Source: Diplonema japonicum | Taxonomy: Eukaryota > Protista > Euglenozoa: Diplonemea | Assembly: GCA_964019335.1 (NCBI GenBank) | Contig: OZ025755.1 | Span: 186,001-250,000 of the forward strand | DNA length: 64,000 nucleotides | Direction of reading: 5' to 3' | Shown here: positions 31,491-43,277 of the stretch, piece after piece | Layout: each line of letters begins with the position of its first letter | Numbering within the stretch: the stretch's first letter is position 1 | The notes under the pieces: model-generated | Databases searched by the model: none | The model's input: only the letters and a program-made list of their open reading frames with translations | Told to the model about the DNA's origin: nothing | Made by a program: the position numbers and the translations under genes

Positions 31491-33063
31491 AACGGGGTTG
31501 CCTGGGGGACTAAAAAATGTGTAGGGTCACCGCACTTCCGCCTGAATCAGCTGAAAATAGGCCGTTTTTCATAATTTGATAGCTCATAATTTGGGTTTGG
31601 GTTTTTGGCCCACTTTCTCGGTCACTCGGAGTGACTCAATTTCTGAACTATCAGATAAAATTACTTACTTTGCGCCAAAATACGGCCATCCCATTTACTC
31701 TCGAACCGTTTTTTTTGACCTCGGGCCCTCGGCCAAAAAACCCACGATTCTCGAGTAAATTATGGCCATAATTTGTTGCAAATAAATAGCTATAAAATAC
31801 GGATTAAAAAAAAATTATATAACAAGAGCACAAAACCCCCCGCTTTTAATTCCCCATCCATCCTCCTGTAAGTTTAAAAAAAAAAAGAAGGGCCGAATAG
31901 GAGAAAAAAAAGGGGGGTGGTTTTTTAGAATTAGAGCTTTCGAGAAAGGTCTAGTGGTCCTTTATTTTTAAAGGAAAAAAAAAAGAGAAGAAAAAAAAAG
32001 GAGAAAAGAAGAAAGAAAAGGCAGAGTAAAGGAGATTGCTTTTTTTTTTTTTTGTTTCCTCCCCCTCCCTTGTTTTGTCGCGTCATAAAACTTTTTTTTT
32101 TTTTTTTTTTTTTTGCAGGGCGGCGTCATAAGCTCAACACCCATCCTTTTTTTTCCCCCCCCACGTTTCATCATCAAGAAAATTTTTTTTTATTTTTTTG
32201 TATGTATTCCCGTTCTCTCAAAAAAAAAGAAAAAAAAAACAGGGCAGGGGGGGGTTGTTACACCCCACAAGGTACTGTCCCGTTATTGGGAGAACACCCC
32301 CCCCCCCCCCCCCGCCTCCCCCTTCTTTAGTATTTTAAAAAAAAAAGAAAAGAAAAAGCGTGAATTAGAAGGAAGCTTACTACTGGGGAAAAAAAATCTC
32401 AAAAAAAAAAAATAAAAAACATAGAAATAGAGAGAATAAAAAAAAAAAACATATTTTCCAAGTACTTGTCTTAAATATTAACTTTTCAAGGAATTATTGG
32501 GAACATGGGGTGGGGGGGGTGGTTGTAATCAAAGGTTGGTTCTTGCAGTGCCCGTGCACTCTGGTGGTGACATTTTTTCACATTCTTCTTCTTCTTCTCC
32601 ACTTGTTTCGGCGTAGGCGATTTTTGGGCGTATCGGAAACATCACACAAAAAAAAACGAAAAAATTTTAAATAGAGATAAAAATTGAAAGTCATAAAAAG
32701 AATTTCTCCTTTTTTGGGAAGGGGGGGGGGGGGGGGTCCTCAATCCAAGGTGCACCAGCAGGTAAGCAGAAAAGCCCCTCCCCCAAAAAAGAAATAGAAC
32801 TAATATATATATAAAAAAAAAAAAGGAGAAAAAAACCAATAGGTATAAAAGCAAGCGGCCCGATATGAGAAAGAGGAAGATGAAGAAGAAGAAAGAAAGA
32901 AAAAAAAAGAAAGAAAACTGAAAGGGTTTCAAATAGGGATACAAACAGCCCTGAATTGAATTTTGGCACTTAACGAACTGGTGGAAATAGAGAAGTGCCA
33001 CAAGGGGGGTTGCCAAAAAAACCATTTCGAAAATATGAAAAAAAAGGGGGGGGTAAACCCGAC

Positions 33064-33264
33064 TTATTAGTGAAAATAAGAGCATTATTTCACTTGTGGT
33101 GGCAGGACTTGCCTAGTAGCACATGAAAGTAAACTTCGATACCTGCTCATTTAAGCCCGCTCCGCCGCACGTGGAAAAAAAATATCTTTTATTTTCACTT
33201 TTTAAATAGTTAATTTCTTCCTCCCCCCCCACTCCTCCCTCTTCGGAATGCGATACCCTGTAGT

Positions 33265-33298
<34 letters not shown>

Positions 33299-33699
33299 TT
33301 TCACTCTTCGTTCATTTTTCTTCACTCACTTAACGCGAAATGGGGTTTCAGAGTGAAAAAAAATGGGTCTTGTCGTGGAAAAAAATGTACCCAACCTCTT
33401 GAAAAAAAAGTAGGGGATGGGGTATTTTGACTATTTTTTGGCCATCTGAAGCCATTCCGGCCCTTAAAAGTGGGAATAAGTGCTTTACTTCCTAAAATGC
33501 CACATTGAAATAGCTATCCCGTATTACCTTAGGAAACAGCAGTGAAAGCAGTGAAGAGTGAGTGACTCAAATAACGAAGAGTGAAATAAAACGACTTACT
33601 TGCCGCCAAATGAGCCATTATTTAACACTCGTTACCGTTTTTTTGCAAAAAATTCGGGAACTCGAGTTAAATAATGACTCATAATTTGTTGGCAATAAA

Positions 33700-33705
<6 letters not shown>
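33064..33705. mobile_element. Member of the hairpin-ended repeat family
   Basis: 33064-33105 is the reverse complement of the 13990-14029 arm; TTTCACTCTTCGTT / AACGAAGAGTGAAA inverted repeat; the right end CTCGAGTTAAATAATG..ATAATTTGTTGGCAATAAATAGC matches 31750-31790. Confidence 0.65.
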
Positions 33706-33735
<30 letters not shown>

Positions 33736-33777
33736 CGTAGAAATAGAAAAAAAAATTATTAAAAAAAAAGAGGAGAT

Positions 33778-33808
<31 letters not shown>

Positions 33809-34767
33809 GTCTCTCCATTCTTCGCCTTTTGTTTTCCTCGTTCTTCTTTTTTTTTAAATAACGGAGTAAAAAAAAAATCATAAAAATTGAGGGGGGGGGA
33901 GAGAGAGAGAGAGAGAGAGAAGCTACAGGGGGGGCGAGAGGGAACCTTCTTCTTTTTTTTTTTGGTGGCTGTTTGTGGTGGTTCCTCTTTTGGAGTCATT
34001 CCCCCTCCCCCCCTCCTTTTTATATTTGTTCAGAATATTAAAAAAAAAAGTAGGTGGGTATTTCCTCCCCACCGTCTTTCTTGTTTTTAAAAACTTTTTT
34101 TTTCCCTCTCGGAGGGGGCAAGAGAGGGTACAGGGAAAGAGTGGGGTGGGAAGGGGGTGGGGGGGGATAACAAGGGGCAAGCTGCCGTGCAGGGGAGAGG
34201 GAAGTAAAATAAAAATTTTTTTAAAAAAAAAAAAACTTCCTTCTTTTTTTTTTCTTTTCTTCTTTTTTGCTGCTATTTTTTTTTTTTTTTTTTTAGTAGA
34301 CAAACTCTGCGTCAACACGGAAAAAAAAGGGGGGGGGAAGAATTTGGGGGAAATTACCGTATTTTAAAACATATGAGATTCCAAATCTTTGGAATCATTT
34401 GCAAAGTATTTAAAAACCTTATGTGTCACGAGCCTCTTTTTTTTTAACATACTCCTTCACTGTAAAAGGTGATGCAAGTGGCAAAGGTACAGTACTTAAA
34501 ATACGGTAATTAATTAGGCTAACGATGTGCAGTGTCTCTCCTAGGAGCCTTAATGGGGGGGGGGGGGGGGGAACTTTCTTCTTATTTTTTTTGAATCCTC
34601 ACACGCCCCGTAATCCTAAATATATGGCTAGCTACTCCGGTATTTGATTTATTTGACATAGTTTTTGGGGGAAAAAAAAAAGAACAAAAAGAGTTGGCGG
34701 TGTCCTTTTAGCAATAACAATACCGTTTTTTTTTTTCTCAACTTTTTTTTATATAAATTTGTATTGC

Positions 34768-34800
<33 letters not shown>

Positions 34801-34888
34801 TGGGGATTTTTCCAAGGGTTTTTTGCGAAAATAATTAATGAGAAATTTATACCAGAAAAGCTCACTATAACAAAGGTTGGGTGATTTA

Positions 34889-34929
<41 letters not shown>

Positions 34930-36018
34930 CATAAGAGAAAGCAGGGAAGGGGCAAGAAGAGGGCAGGGAGGGAAAGGGTGATTTTGATAATTGAAAAAAA
35001 AAAAGTGTTTTTTTTTTCTCTTTTTTTTTTCGTGTCTGTTCTAAAAAAAAAAGGGGGGAGGCGTTCAAAAAAAGAAGGGGGGGGAAAAAAAGAGAGAAAG
35101 AGAGAGAGAGAGGCAGGTTTTTTAACCCAAAGTAACGTGGTGGTGGGGATCTAGAAACTGCTGACGGCAAAAATACTTTTACTTTTTTTTTTTTAAATCC
35201 ACTATAAGGGGAAGCGACATGTTTTGCAATAATACTCGTTCTGAAGGGGAAGGAAAAAAAAGAAAAAAAAAACAAGTTTTTTTTTTTTTTTCTTTTTTAC
35301 GGGGAGAAAGGAGTTGACATTTTTTTTTCCCCTAAAAACCCCCCCTTTTTCGGCAAATTTTGCGTTTTTTTTTCTTTTTGGCCTTTTTTTGAACATGTTT
35401 CACGTATTGCGGAGAGAAGGTACTAAATTTGGACTGGCTTTCTTCTTCTTCTTTTTTTAAGGCCTGAAAGGCTTTGCTGGCCAATTTTATCTACTGGTTG
35501 AACACCCCCCCCCAAAAAAAAAGGTACCTTCTTTTTCAGATTTTGTTATAATCGCAAATCGGTATTTTCAATTTCCTTCTTTGTTTTAAAGGTTAAAAAA
35601 AAGGGGGGGGGAAATGCTAACCTTCGTCTCGTGAGGTACATGGCTTTTTTTTTTTGTTTTGTTTTTTCTCCCTCTTTTTTTTTCTTTACATTGTTGCAGG
35701 AAAAAAAAAGAGCCCCCTCTTTAAAAAAAAAAAAAAGAAATCTAGTTGTTTTTAGTATTTTCAACAAGTCGATTGGATCACAAGTAAAGCCAGTTCCTTT
35801 TTTTTTTTTGCCACAGAGGGATGATTTTTTTTACCCCGAACAACTTTCAGAGACATGGTTCTTCTTCCTTCTTTTTTTTTTCTTCTTCTTTCTAAAGGAA
35901 AAGAGACAGTGTTCATTCTTTTTTTTTTTTCACACAACTAAAAAAAAGTTCTTTCTTATTCTTGTTTTTTTTTTTCTTTCTTTTTTTTTTTAAAAAATAA
36001 AAAATAAAAATAAAAATA

Positions 36019-37076
36019 CCGGATTTGTACTTATATTTGTTATGTGAAAAGTCCCAAATTGGGCAAAAAATTCGAAAAAGGTACATAATATTTAGAACAC
36101 CATTAAGACAGAACATAAAAATTACAAAAATAAAAAAAATCCCAGAAAATATCTCTAAAAATAAAAAATCCCAAGACAAAAACAAAATACCCCCCAGCCG
36201 GGGGGGTGGTATTACCGCATTTCCGGGTGGGAGATCGTTAAAAAGGTAAGCGAACCCTGGCCCGGATAAGCCTCGACACTTCAGGCAAGAATAAAAGGAC
36301 GCATAATCTGCAGGTTCTTCCTCCTCACCCCCACCATGGGCAATCTCGCGGGATCGCTTGCGTAGCTAGCTATGACGTCCTGTTTCGCCCGGTCAGCAAC
36401 CGGCTTCGAGGCAGTCTTGTTGGGTGCTTCTCGGTCCACTTCCGCGTTCCGGCTGAAAGGCCGAATTGCCGGACCAGTTCACCCAGCTCCTCCTTCTCTG
36501 CCTCGGTCCACTTCTTGTTCTTCCGGGCAGGCTGGGGTTCCTCCAAGCGGGACATCTCTTCCTCCACTGCCTGCCTGGCGGCTGGGGGGGGGAGAGGCCT
36601 GTTGATGATGAAAATCATTGAAAGTCCGCATAGAAAGTCACCGACTCACCGAGAGGTCGGGACGGGATAGGCACTATCGGACTGGTCGGTAAATCACATG
36701 ACAACCTCATGGGTCTTATCACATATCTCATGATGGGATACCTCGGTATACCATCGGCGGTTATAGTGGGATATGCAATGGGCGCGTACCGGTCACGGGC
36801 AGTCAAGAAGCCATGGAGCGACATGTTTTTTATTCAGGGTATAGGGTTGGATTTTTTTAAATGATTATTTATGTTGGAACTGCTTTAAGGTGACTTTGAT
36901 TTTAGTGGGGCCTGTCCTGGGGGGGATCAGGCCAAAAATAATAAAAATAATCTTTTGTATTGTTCTGTAAAAAGTCCCAAGTTGGGTCCAAAATCCGAAA
37001 AAAGGTACATAATTTATACAGTACACTAAATCCCCAGACCATTATTAAAGCTGAACAAATATAAATACAAATCCGG
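36019..37076 (-). mobile_element. TA-flanked pogo/Tc1-type element with a remnant HTH
   Basis: TA|CCGGATTTGTACTTATATTTGT ... ACAAATATAAATACAAATCCGG|TA; internal direct repeat AAAAGTCCCAA..TTGGG..CGAAAA..AGGTACATAAT; ORF 36370-36618 reads RKNKKWTEAEKEELGELVRQFG. Confidence 0.7.
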
Positions 37077-37336
37077 TAAAAATAAAATTAAAAAAATCGG
37101 TGGGACCCTTAACGCTGGGTTGAGGCACGGTGAAAAACAATAAATAAATAAATGGGGAAAAATATTTTTTTTTTTTAAATTAAGGTGGTGGTTACAAAAT
37201 AAAAAAAGTTAAAGAAAAAAAAAATAAAAAAAGCACTGTCTCTTCTTCCAACAGGTAAGGGGGTAAGTTCAGAGAGCGGGAATAAAAAAAATAAAAAAAA
37301 AAAAAAAAAAAAAAAAAATCATTCATCTTCATCTTC

Positions 37337-38872
37337 TCAAGGTAGTGAAAGCCGTGCTTTACGCTTTGCATCTTCGATTTCCTTCTGCTGTTTGTCCGGC
37401 GAAACCTGTGGGACTAATAGAGGAACAGTCGGTGGGACCAACACCACCGCCCCGGCACCCTTCTTGTCCTTCACCCGGCCCCGCCGCTTCTTCGACTTCC
37501 CTTTCACGAAATGCATACAAATCTTAAAAGGCAATGGGGTTATGTCACAAACGTCAATTCCATTCAGTGTGCCTATGCTAAGAAAAGCTTGATCAGCTGA
37601 AGGATACGTAACGAGAACCTGGGCAGGGCCTTCTTCAGTGATCGACAAAAACGGCTGTTGCTCCCTCGTTAGCGTGGCTCTGGTGATTTCAACAATGCTC
37701 ATGTGGGGATAATGTTGAGGTAGGCCCCATACAGCAACTCGTTCGGAGGGCGGGGCATTCACATCATGTGGTGCTGGTGGGGGTGGTATATCGTATCTAG
37801 CACATCTCATTCTGTCCTTAAGCTCCGTTTCGTGGCCCGACCAATGCGTGGCGTTGGCGTGGTTGCCTATCTTTACAGACAGCATTCTCCCAAAAACTGT
37901 GATCCGGTTTAAATGTTTTCTCAAGTTTCCAGCGTCGATTTGTGTTTTAAACTGAACAAGCGCGCATTCAGAATGTTGCACCAATAGCCGTGCAGCCACG
38001 AGATCCCCGTACTGCCCGGCAACCTTCCACAATAACGAAATCGAAATTTCTTGTTGATCTTGCATTGTGTACCGTGCCCCGGCAAGGCCTGAAATGTGAA
38101 CGCAAGATCCTGGTTTTCCTTCAGGGATACCCTCGTCGGGGGAAACTGGGATGTAACATTTTTGAAGGTTGGAGAGTTGTTGCGGGATAAGCCATCCTTC
38201 CCCTCTTCTCCACACACCCCACAAAAAATCATACGGAGCAGGAGGCGTCCAACCCGACCGAAGAACCACCTGGTTGACAAGCTTGAAGTCCCTGTTTCGT
38301 TTGTCGTCGCTTTTAAACTTCAAATGGGGTTGGTTTGAAGGCAACACAACAAGATATGTAGGCGCAGAACCTGAAAGTTGAACGTGTCTCGACGATAAGA
38401 AAGACATTGCTCTGTTAGCTTGTGTTGTGTGGGAGTACTGGACCAAAAGTTGTTTGCGTCCATCTTTTTCGAAGAAAGACAGGCGTTCTACTACACCAAA
38501 TTGGCTAAAAAGCCAGTAGAACTGGTTAGCATCGGGGTCATCCGTGAACCCATTGAGTACAACAAGCAGCATTTTTGGTGAGGAGGACCCGACAGAGGCA
38601 GCCGCTACGACATCACGCTGTTGAAGAATTTTCAGCTCGTCCCCGACTACAGCTGGAGCTTGTGTTAGATTACCCGCCGATCCTGTGGGCCCCAGGGGTT
38701 TTATAAATCTGATTGGAAACCCAGATGAACGAGTCTCCTCTGTTTCGACCGCATCCTGTTGTTGTAGTTGTAGTTGTTGTTGTTGTTGCTGCGGTTCTTT
38801 CTCAGGCGCTTCGTGCGCGAGAAATTCCTGCCGGGACGATAGTAGGGGGGACGCATTTGGTGGCCATTGCAT
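37337..38872 (-). CDS. Polypyrimidine tract-binding/hnRNP L-like RRM protein
   Basis: ATG at 38872 (MQWPPN); atypical RRMs LFSQFGVVERL...QLLVQY and QYGDLVAARLL...ALVQF...LNRITVFGRMLSV. Confidence 0.75.
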   Translation of the reverse strand: MQWPPNASPLLSSRQEFLAHEAPEKEPQQQQQQLQLQQQDAVETEETRSSGFPIRFIKPLGPTGSAGNLTQAPAVVGDELKILQQRDVVAAASVGSSSPKMLLVVLNGFTDDPDANQFYWLFSQFGVVERLSFFEKDGRKQLLVQYSHTTQANRAMSFLSSRHVQLSGSAPTYLVVLPSNQPHLKFKSDDKRNRDFKLVNQVVLRSGWTPPAPYDFLWGVWRRGEGWLIPQQLSNLQKCYIPVSPDEGIPEGKPGSCVHISGLAGARYTMQDQQEISISLLWKVAGQYGDLVAARLLVQHSECALVQFKTQIDAGNLRKHLNRITVFGRMLSVKIGNHANATHWSGHETELKDRMRCARYDIPPPPAPHDVNAPPSERVAVWGLPQHYPHMSIVEITRATLTREQQPFLSITEEGPAQVLVTYPSADQAFLSIGTLNGIDVCDITPLPFKICMHFVKGKSKKRRGRVKDKKGAGAVVLVPPTVPLLVPQVSPDKQQKEIEDAKRKARLSLP

Positions 38873-39697
38873 CTTTTTTTTTTTAAAAAGAGAGGGAGAA
38901 GAGAGTTCGAAGAAAAGGAAATATATAAAAAAATAAAAAAAAAAAGAAGAAGGAAGAAAAAAAAGAAGTGGAGAGGGGGGTGTAAAAAAAAAGGAAAAGG
39001 AGGGTGTCGACGGAACTACCCCCCCCTCCCCCACCCCCCTCTCCAGGATTTTTTTTCCCTTTTTTTTTGTCTTTTTTTCTTCTTTTTTTTTTCTCCCTTT
39101 TTTATTTTTCCTCCCCCCCCCTCACCTCCGGGTTTTCGAGGGAAAAAAAAAGTGTGGAATACGTGGCGGGGGAATTTTTTTTTTTTCGTTTCCTTCTTTA
39201 AAAAATGGTTACAGCGGGGGAGGGGTTCTTTTTTTCCTTCCTCCCCCTCTTCCTTTCTTCTACACTCTCTCTCTCTCCCCCCTCCACCTCCCCTCTCCCC
39301 CCCCTTCCTGTTTTTTTGTTTTGTTTTTTTTGGGGGGGGATAAAGAAGTATTTTTAGCAGAAAAAAATACTTCCCCCCCCCCTCCCCATAAGGAAGCTGC
39401 AAAAAAAAACTAGAAAAACTAGATAAAAAGGGGGGGGGGGGGAGGGGAGGGGAGGGGAGGGCAAAAACGTGACGCAAAAAGGGAAAACCCACTACGGCAT
39501 GGAGCAACAACAGAAAAAGAAGAAAAAAAGAAGAAGCAAAACACGTTTTGCTCAAACACCCACCAGCCAAAAAAAAAAAAGTCTTTTTTTTCAAATAATA
39601 ACGAGAAATGACCCACCAACAAGAAAAAATATAAAACCAAGGATAGGGGGGGGGGGGAAGAAACCCAATTAGATTTAAAAAAAAAATCACCACCCTC

Positions 39698-40596
39698 CTA
39701 CTCTCCAAGCACACCGCAATCAGCAATTTCAACATCCTTGATAGGCTTGTCGCCTTCACCCTTTTCAGTGCCCTCCATGAGCTTCACCACCTCCATACCT
39801 TCGATGACCTCACCAAAAACAACGTGCTTTCTGCGTGAATTTTTTTTTTTTTTTTAAAAAGATTTTTTTTTTTTTAAATTCCATACCCATCAAGATGAGG
39901 AGTAGCAGTGGTTGTAATGAAGAATTGGGAGCCGTTGGTTCCGGGGCCTGCGTTGGCCATGGACAGGAGACCCTCCTTGGTGTGGGTGATTTTGAAGTTT
40001 TCATCTTCGAATTTTGCTCCGAAAATGGATTCTCCACCCCGACCATCGCCTGTTGTGAAGTCCCCACCTTGACACATGAATGACGGGATAATACGGTGGA
40101 ATTTAGAACCTTTGTAGTGGAGGGGTTTACCCGATTCACCAGTTCCCTTTTCACCTGTGGAAAGCGCGCGGAAGTTTTCGCAGGTAACGGGGGTTGTTTT
40201 GCCGTAGAGGCCAAATACAATTCGCCCCTTGGGTTCGCCACCGATTGTCATGTCAAAGAAAACCTTGTCAGTGAAGGTCATATCGGGGGGAACGTCGTCC
40301 TTCTTCAGAAGGTACTCCCATGAGCCCGTGTTGCCAGAAGATTTCGCCTTCGCGATGGTGCAAATCATGCATCGTTCTCCTGCCTCCTCGTCGATCTCCC
40401 ACACGCTGTCATCCACGCTAGCGATTTTCCACAGTTCCTCTTCCTTGAGGGGCTCCTTCCCCCTGATGCCGGCGGAGACCTTGTGTGGGGTGAGGTCCCA
40501 TGTCAGATCCTTCCCCTTTATCTTCCCGATCGGGATCACTACCGTGATGTCCTCGTTGCTCTGCCTCCATGAGTATCCTTCCCCTTGCTGGGTCAT
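39698..40596 (-). CDS. CS (p23/NudC-like) domain-cyclophilin fusion, 2 exons
   Basis: [18 protein letters not shown] (CS domain); [39 protein letters not shown]. Exons 40596-39887 and 39830-39698 restore [12 protein letters not shown]...IADCGVL. Confidence 0.93.
39831..39886 (-). other. Intron (56 nt)
   Basis: GTATGGAATTT(A)n TCTTTTT(A)n TTCACGCAG; splits the conserved LDGKHVVFG motif. Confidence 0.92.
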
Positions 40597-40970
40597 TTTT
40601 TTTTTTTTTTTTTTTCCTTTTTTTTTTTTTTTTTTTTGAGAAAATTAATATGAAAAAGGGGGGTGTGTGGTGTGGTGTGGTGTGGTGGGGTAACGTTTGT
40701 TTCATCTCTCTTTTTTTTTTTTTTTTGTTTTTTTTTTTTTTTTTTTTTTTTTTTGTGCAGTTTTTTCACTCTTTTCTTTAGAAATTACTTTCACGCCTCT
40801 CAGATTCGGGGGGTGAAGGTTAAATTTCAGAAGGGTCGTGAAATAAAAAAAAATTGCTTGCGCCAAGGAATGACTTTTTTTTTTTTTTTTTTTACCGCCT
40901 ATCTCGAGTTATGCATTTTCTTTTTTTTACCTCGAGGCACTGGCAAATGTGTCACTACTACAATAGTAAA

Positions 40971-41281
40971 TACTGTAAAGCGAAAATCCCGGAATGACTC
41001 TTGCAATTCTTGGGGCAACCAGGGGTGTCGACCCAATGAGCGCTTCACGAACTACGCGGGCGTACTTGGCGTCAAAGGAGAGGAAAAAAATATATATGAG
41101 TTATACATACATACACCGGATCCCTTCTTGAAGATAGTGTTCTCCCCATAAGCCCCTCAGCTAAAAAAAAAAAAGATTCCGGGGGAGAAAAATGCCGGAG
41201 TGACAAACTCCCGGAGAAAAAAAAAACCTCCCCCCCCCCCGGATATTTTTTTCAATTCCGGATTTTTTCGTTTTTACAGTA
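40971..41281. mobile_element. Small TIR element (MITE)
   Basis: TACTGTAAAGCGAAAATCCCGGAAT versus ATTCCGGATTTTTTCGTTTTTACAGTA. Confidence 0.55.
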
Positions 41282-41460
41282 GCTATTTTTCGTTCTTTCT
41301 TTCTTTCAACTTGTGTTTGAGAGGGCAATTTGCGATAAAGTATCAGCTATGGAAAAAAAAAAAAAGATAGGGCAAACATGTCAGAGATCCTCGACCGAGC
41401 TTAGCTCGGAAATGGTAATAAAATTTCTCTGTAAGAATAAAAAAAAAAAAAAAAAAAGGT

Positions 41461-42873
41461 CTACAATTTCGACACTACTTTTTTGTACTCGTCCTTGTCC
41501 TTAATATTCTCCGAGACATAGTTTTTTATAGAGGCGTGCTGCCGTTCCAGCCGGTCCCACTCCCCTTCGCCTTCGCCGTTCTCCCTCACCGGTTGCACCG
41601 CGGATTTCGTCTGCCAGAAGAGAACATCCCTCGAAGGGTTACTTTCGAGAAAATCCACCATAACCGCAGAGGCCTTTGCTGTGAAACACCCGCACATCCA
41701 CAGAGGAGGGCTTGGTTCCGGCACCATCGTCTCCATAATTTTCTTCCCGTTTTTAGAATGCGCGGAGTGCCCGCCATACTTTGGGTTCCCGTACCGCTCA
41801 CCGTAGTACAAAGTGGCCTTGATATTTGAAGCAATTTCTAATGCGTCAGTCTTCACAGAATCATCTACACAACCAAGGGAAATCAAAATATCAGTGGCGT
41901 CCCTCACCAAACGTTTTAGGAAGTAACTCATGATCCCCGCTCGCTTCTCAACAGCGGCACCCTTATCATGGATAAAGACAGGTCTTATTACAGGAATGTT
42001 CCCATCGGACCAAACACCCATGTTCAAGAATCTTGACAACGCGATGCCGAGGCAGATGCCGGCACTGGTGCATCCTGAACCCCATGGGAGGAAAATGTCT
42101 GTTATGGGTTTTGCAGAATTACATTTAATTTGATCGGCTAGCTCGAGGGCAGCGGAGGCGTTTCCCAGGACTCCTACAGGTTGCGCGCCACCTGGAAAGA
42201 ATACAGGTTCATTGGTATTCAAAGAGTTTTTAAGTTTCGAGATAAAATCAAAACGGTGGGACATCCCTGCGTAAGGGAGCGTAAGTGTCGTGGGAAAGGA
42301 CAGGACCGACAGAATGTTGAGAGCATTGTCGCGGTCTGGAGCTTCTTCACTCATATAAACACTTCGAACTGTTCTTCCAGAGTGGACTGCCGTGGCGACG
42401 ATTTGATTACTTCCCGTGCCTCCTAGAACCGTTAATTCTTCGCCTTTCATGTGTTGTGTCGATCCCAGCAAGTATTCTAGCGACCTTACTTTGTTTCCAC
42501 CATATTTTTCGGAGTTTAAGTCTTCGCGTTTCACCTGAATTTTTCGAGTCTCGCCTGTTTCGAGGGTTATCGTCCCCTCGATGACCTTTGTAGGGAAATC
42601 GCCCAGGCTTGTCCAGCCGATGCGTCCTTTAATGGTTGGGAAGTATTTTGCCAGTACGCATTTTTCCCAGTTTTCTTTTTCCGGATTTTCCGGGTTTTGC
42701 CATTGGGTTCCGTTTTTGTAAACTCTATAGAGCAGGCGTCCCACGTAGACTGCGGTTGCTATCCCAAGGAGGAGGAGGAGGAACAGTATTTTCGGGCTTG
42801 CGTATCCTATTCCCAGCAGCGTTGTCACAGGCAGTACACGGTGCCGGAGGAATTTTGAAAATGAAGGTGCCAT
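41461..42873 (-). CDS. PLP-dependent D-cysteine desulfhydrase/ACC deaminase family enzyme with an N-terminal membrane segment
   Basis: VKREDL..KYGGNKVRSLEYLL, GGTGSNQ, FPGG, PWGSGCTSAG, YGG; ATG at 42873 after an A run. Confidence 0.85.
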   Translation of the reverse strand: MAPSFSKFLRHRVLPVTTLLGIGYASPKILFLLLLLGIATAVYVGRLLYRVYKNGTQWQNPENPEKENWEKCVLAKYFPTIKGRIGWTSLGDFPTKVIEGTITLETGETRKIQVKREDLNSEKYGGNKVRSLEYLLGSTQHMKGEELTVLGGTGSNQIVATAVHSGRTVRSVYMSEEAPDRDNALNILSVLSFPTTLTLPYAGMSHRFDFISKLKNSLNTNEPVFFPGGAQPVGVLGNASAALELADQIKCNSAKPITDIFLPWGSGCTSAGICLGIALSRFLNMGVWSDGNIPVIRPVFIHDKGAAVEKRAGIMSYFLKRLVRDATDILISLGCVDDSVKTDALEIASNIKATLYYGERYGNPKYGGHSAHSKNGKKIMETMVPEPSPPLWMCGCFTAKASAVMVDFLESNPSRDVLFWQTKSAVQPVRENGEGEGEWDRLERQHASIKNYVSENIKDKDEYKKVVSKL

Positions 42874-43277
42874 TTTTTTTTTTTTTTTTTTTTTTTTCCT
42901 CCTCCCCCCCTTTTTTTTTCGCATTGGGGGAAAAAAAAAAAAAAAAAGAAAAAAAAATCAGAATGAACAGAATGCGTGGAACAGAGGGGGGTGGGGGAGA
43001 GGGGGGGGAGGTATAATACAGTGATACCAAGAAGGAAGAAAAAAAAGGAGGAGGGGTAAAAAGGGGAAAAGAGAGTGTTGGAGGGGAGGGGGGGATTTTT
43101 TTTAAAAAAAAAAGTATCGTGGTAGTAGGGAGAGGGGAGAAATAAAAAAAAGAAGAAAAAAAAAAAACCGAACACACTTCGAAAAAAGAAAAGAAGAAAA
43201 AACAAAGCAAAGCAACACTTTAGAAGAAAAAAAAAACACTTTTCTTTCTAACTTTTTTTTCCCCCCCCTCCATTCAC

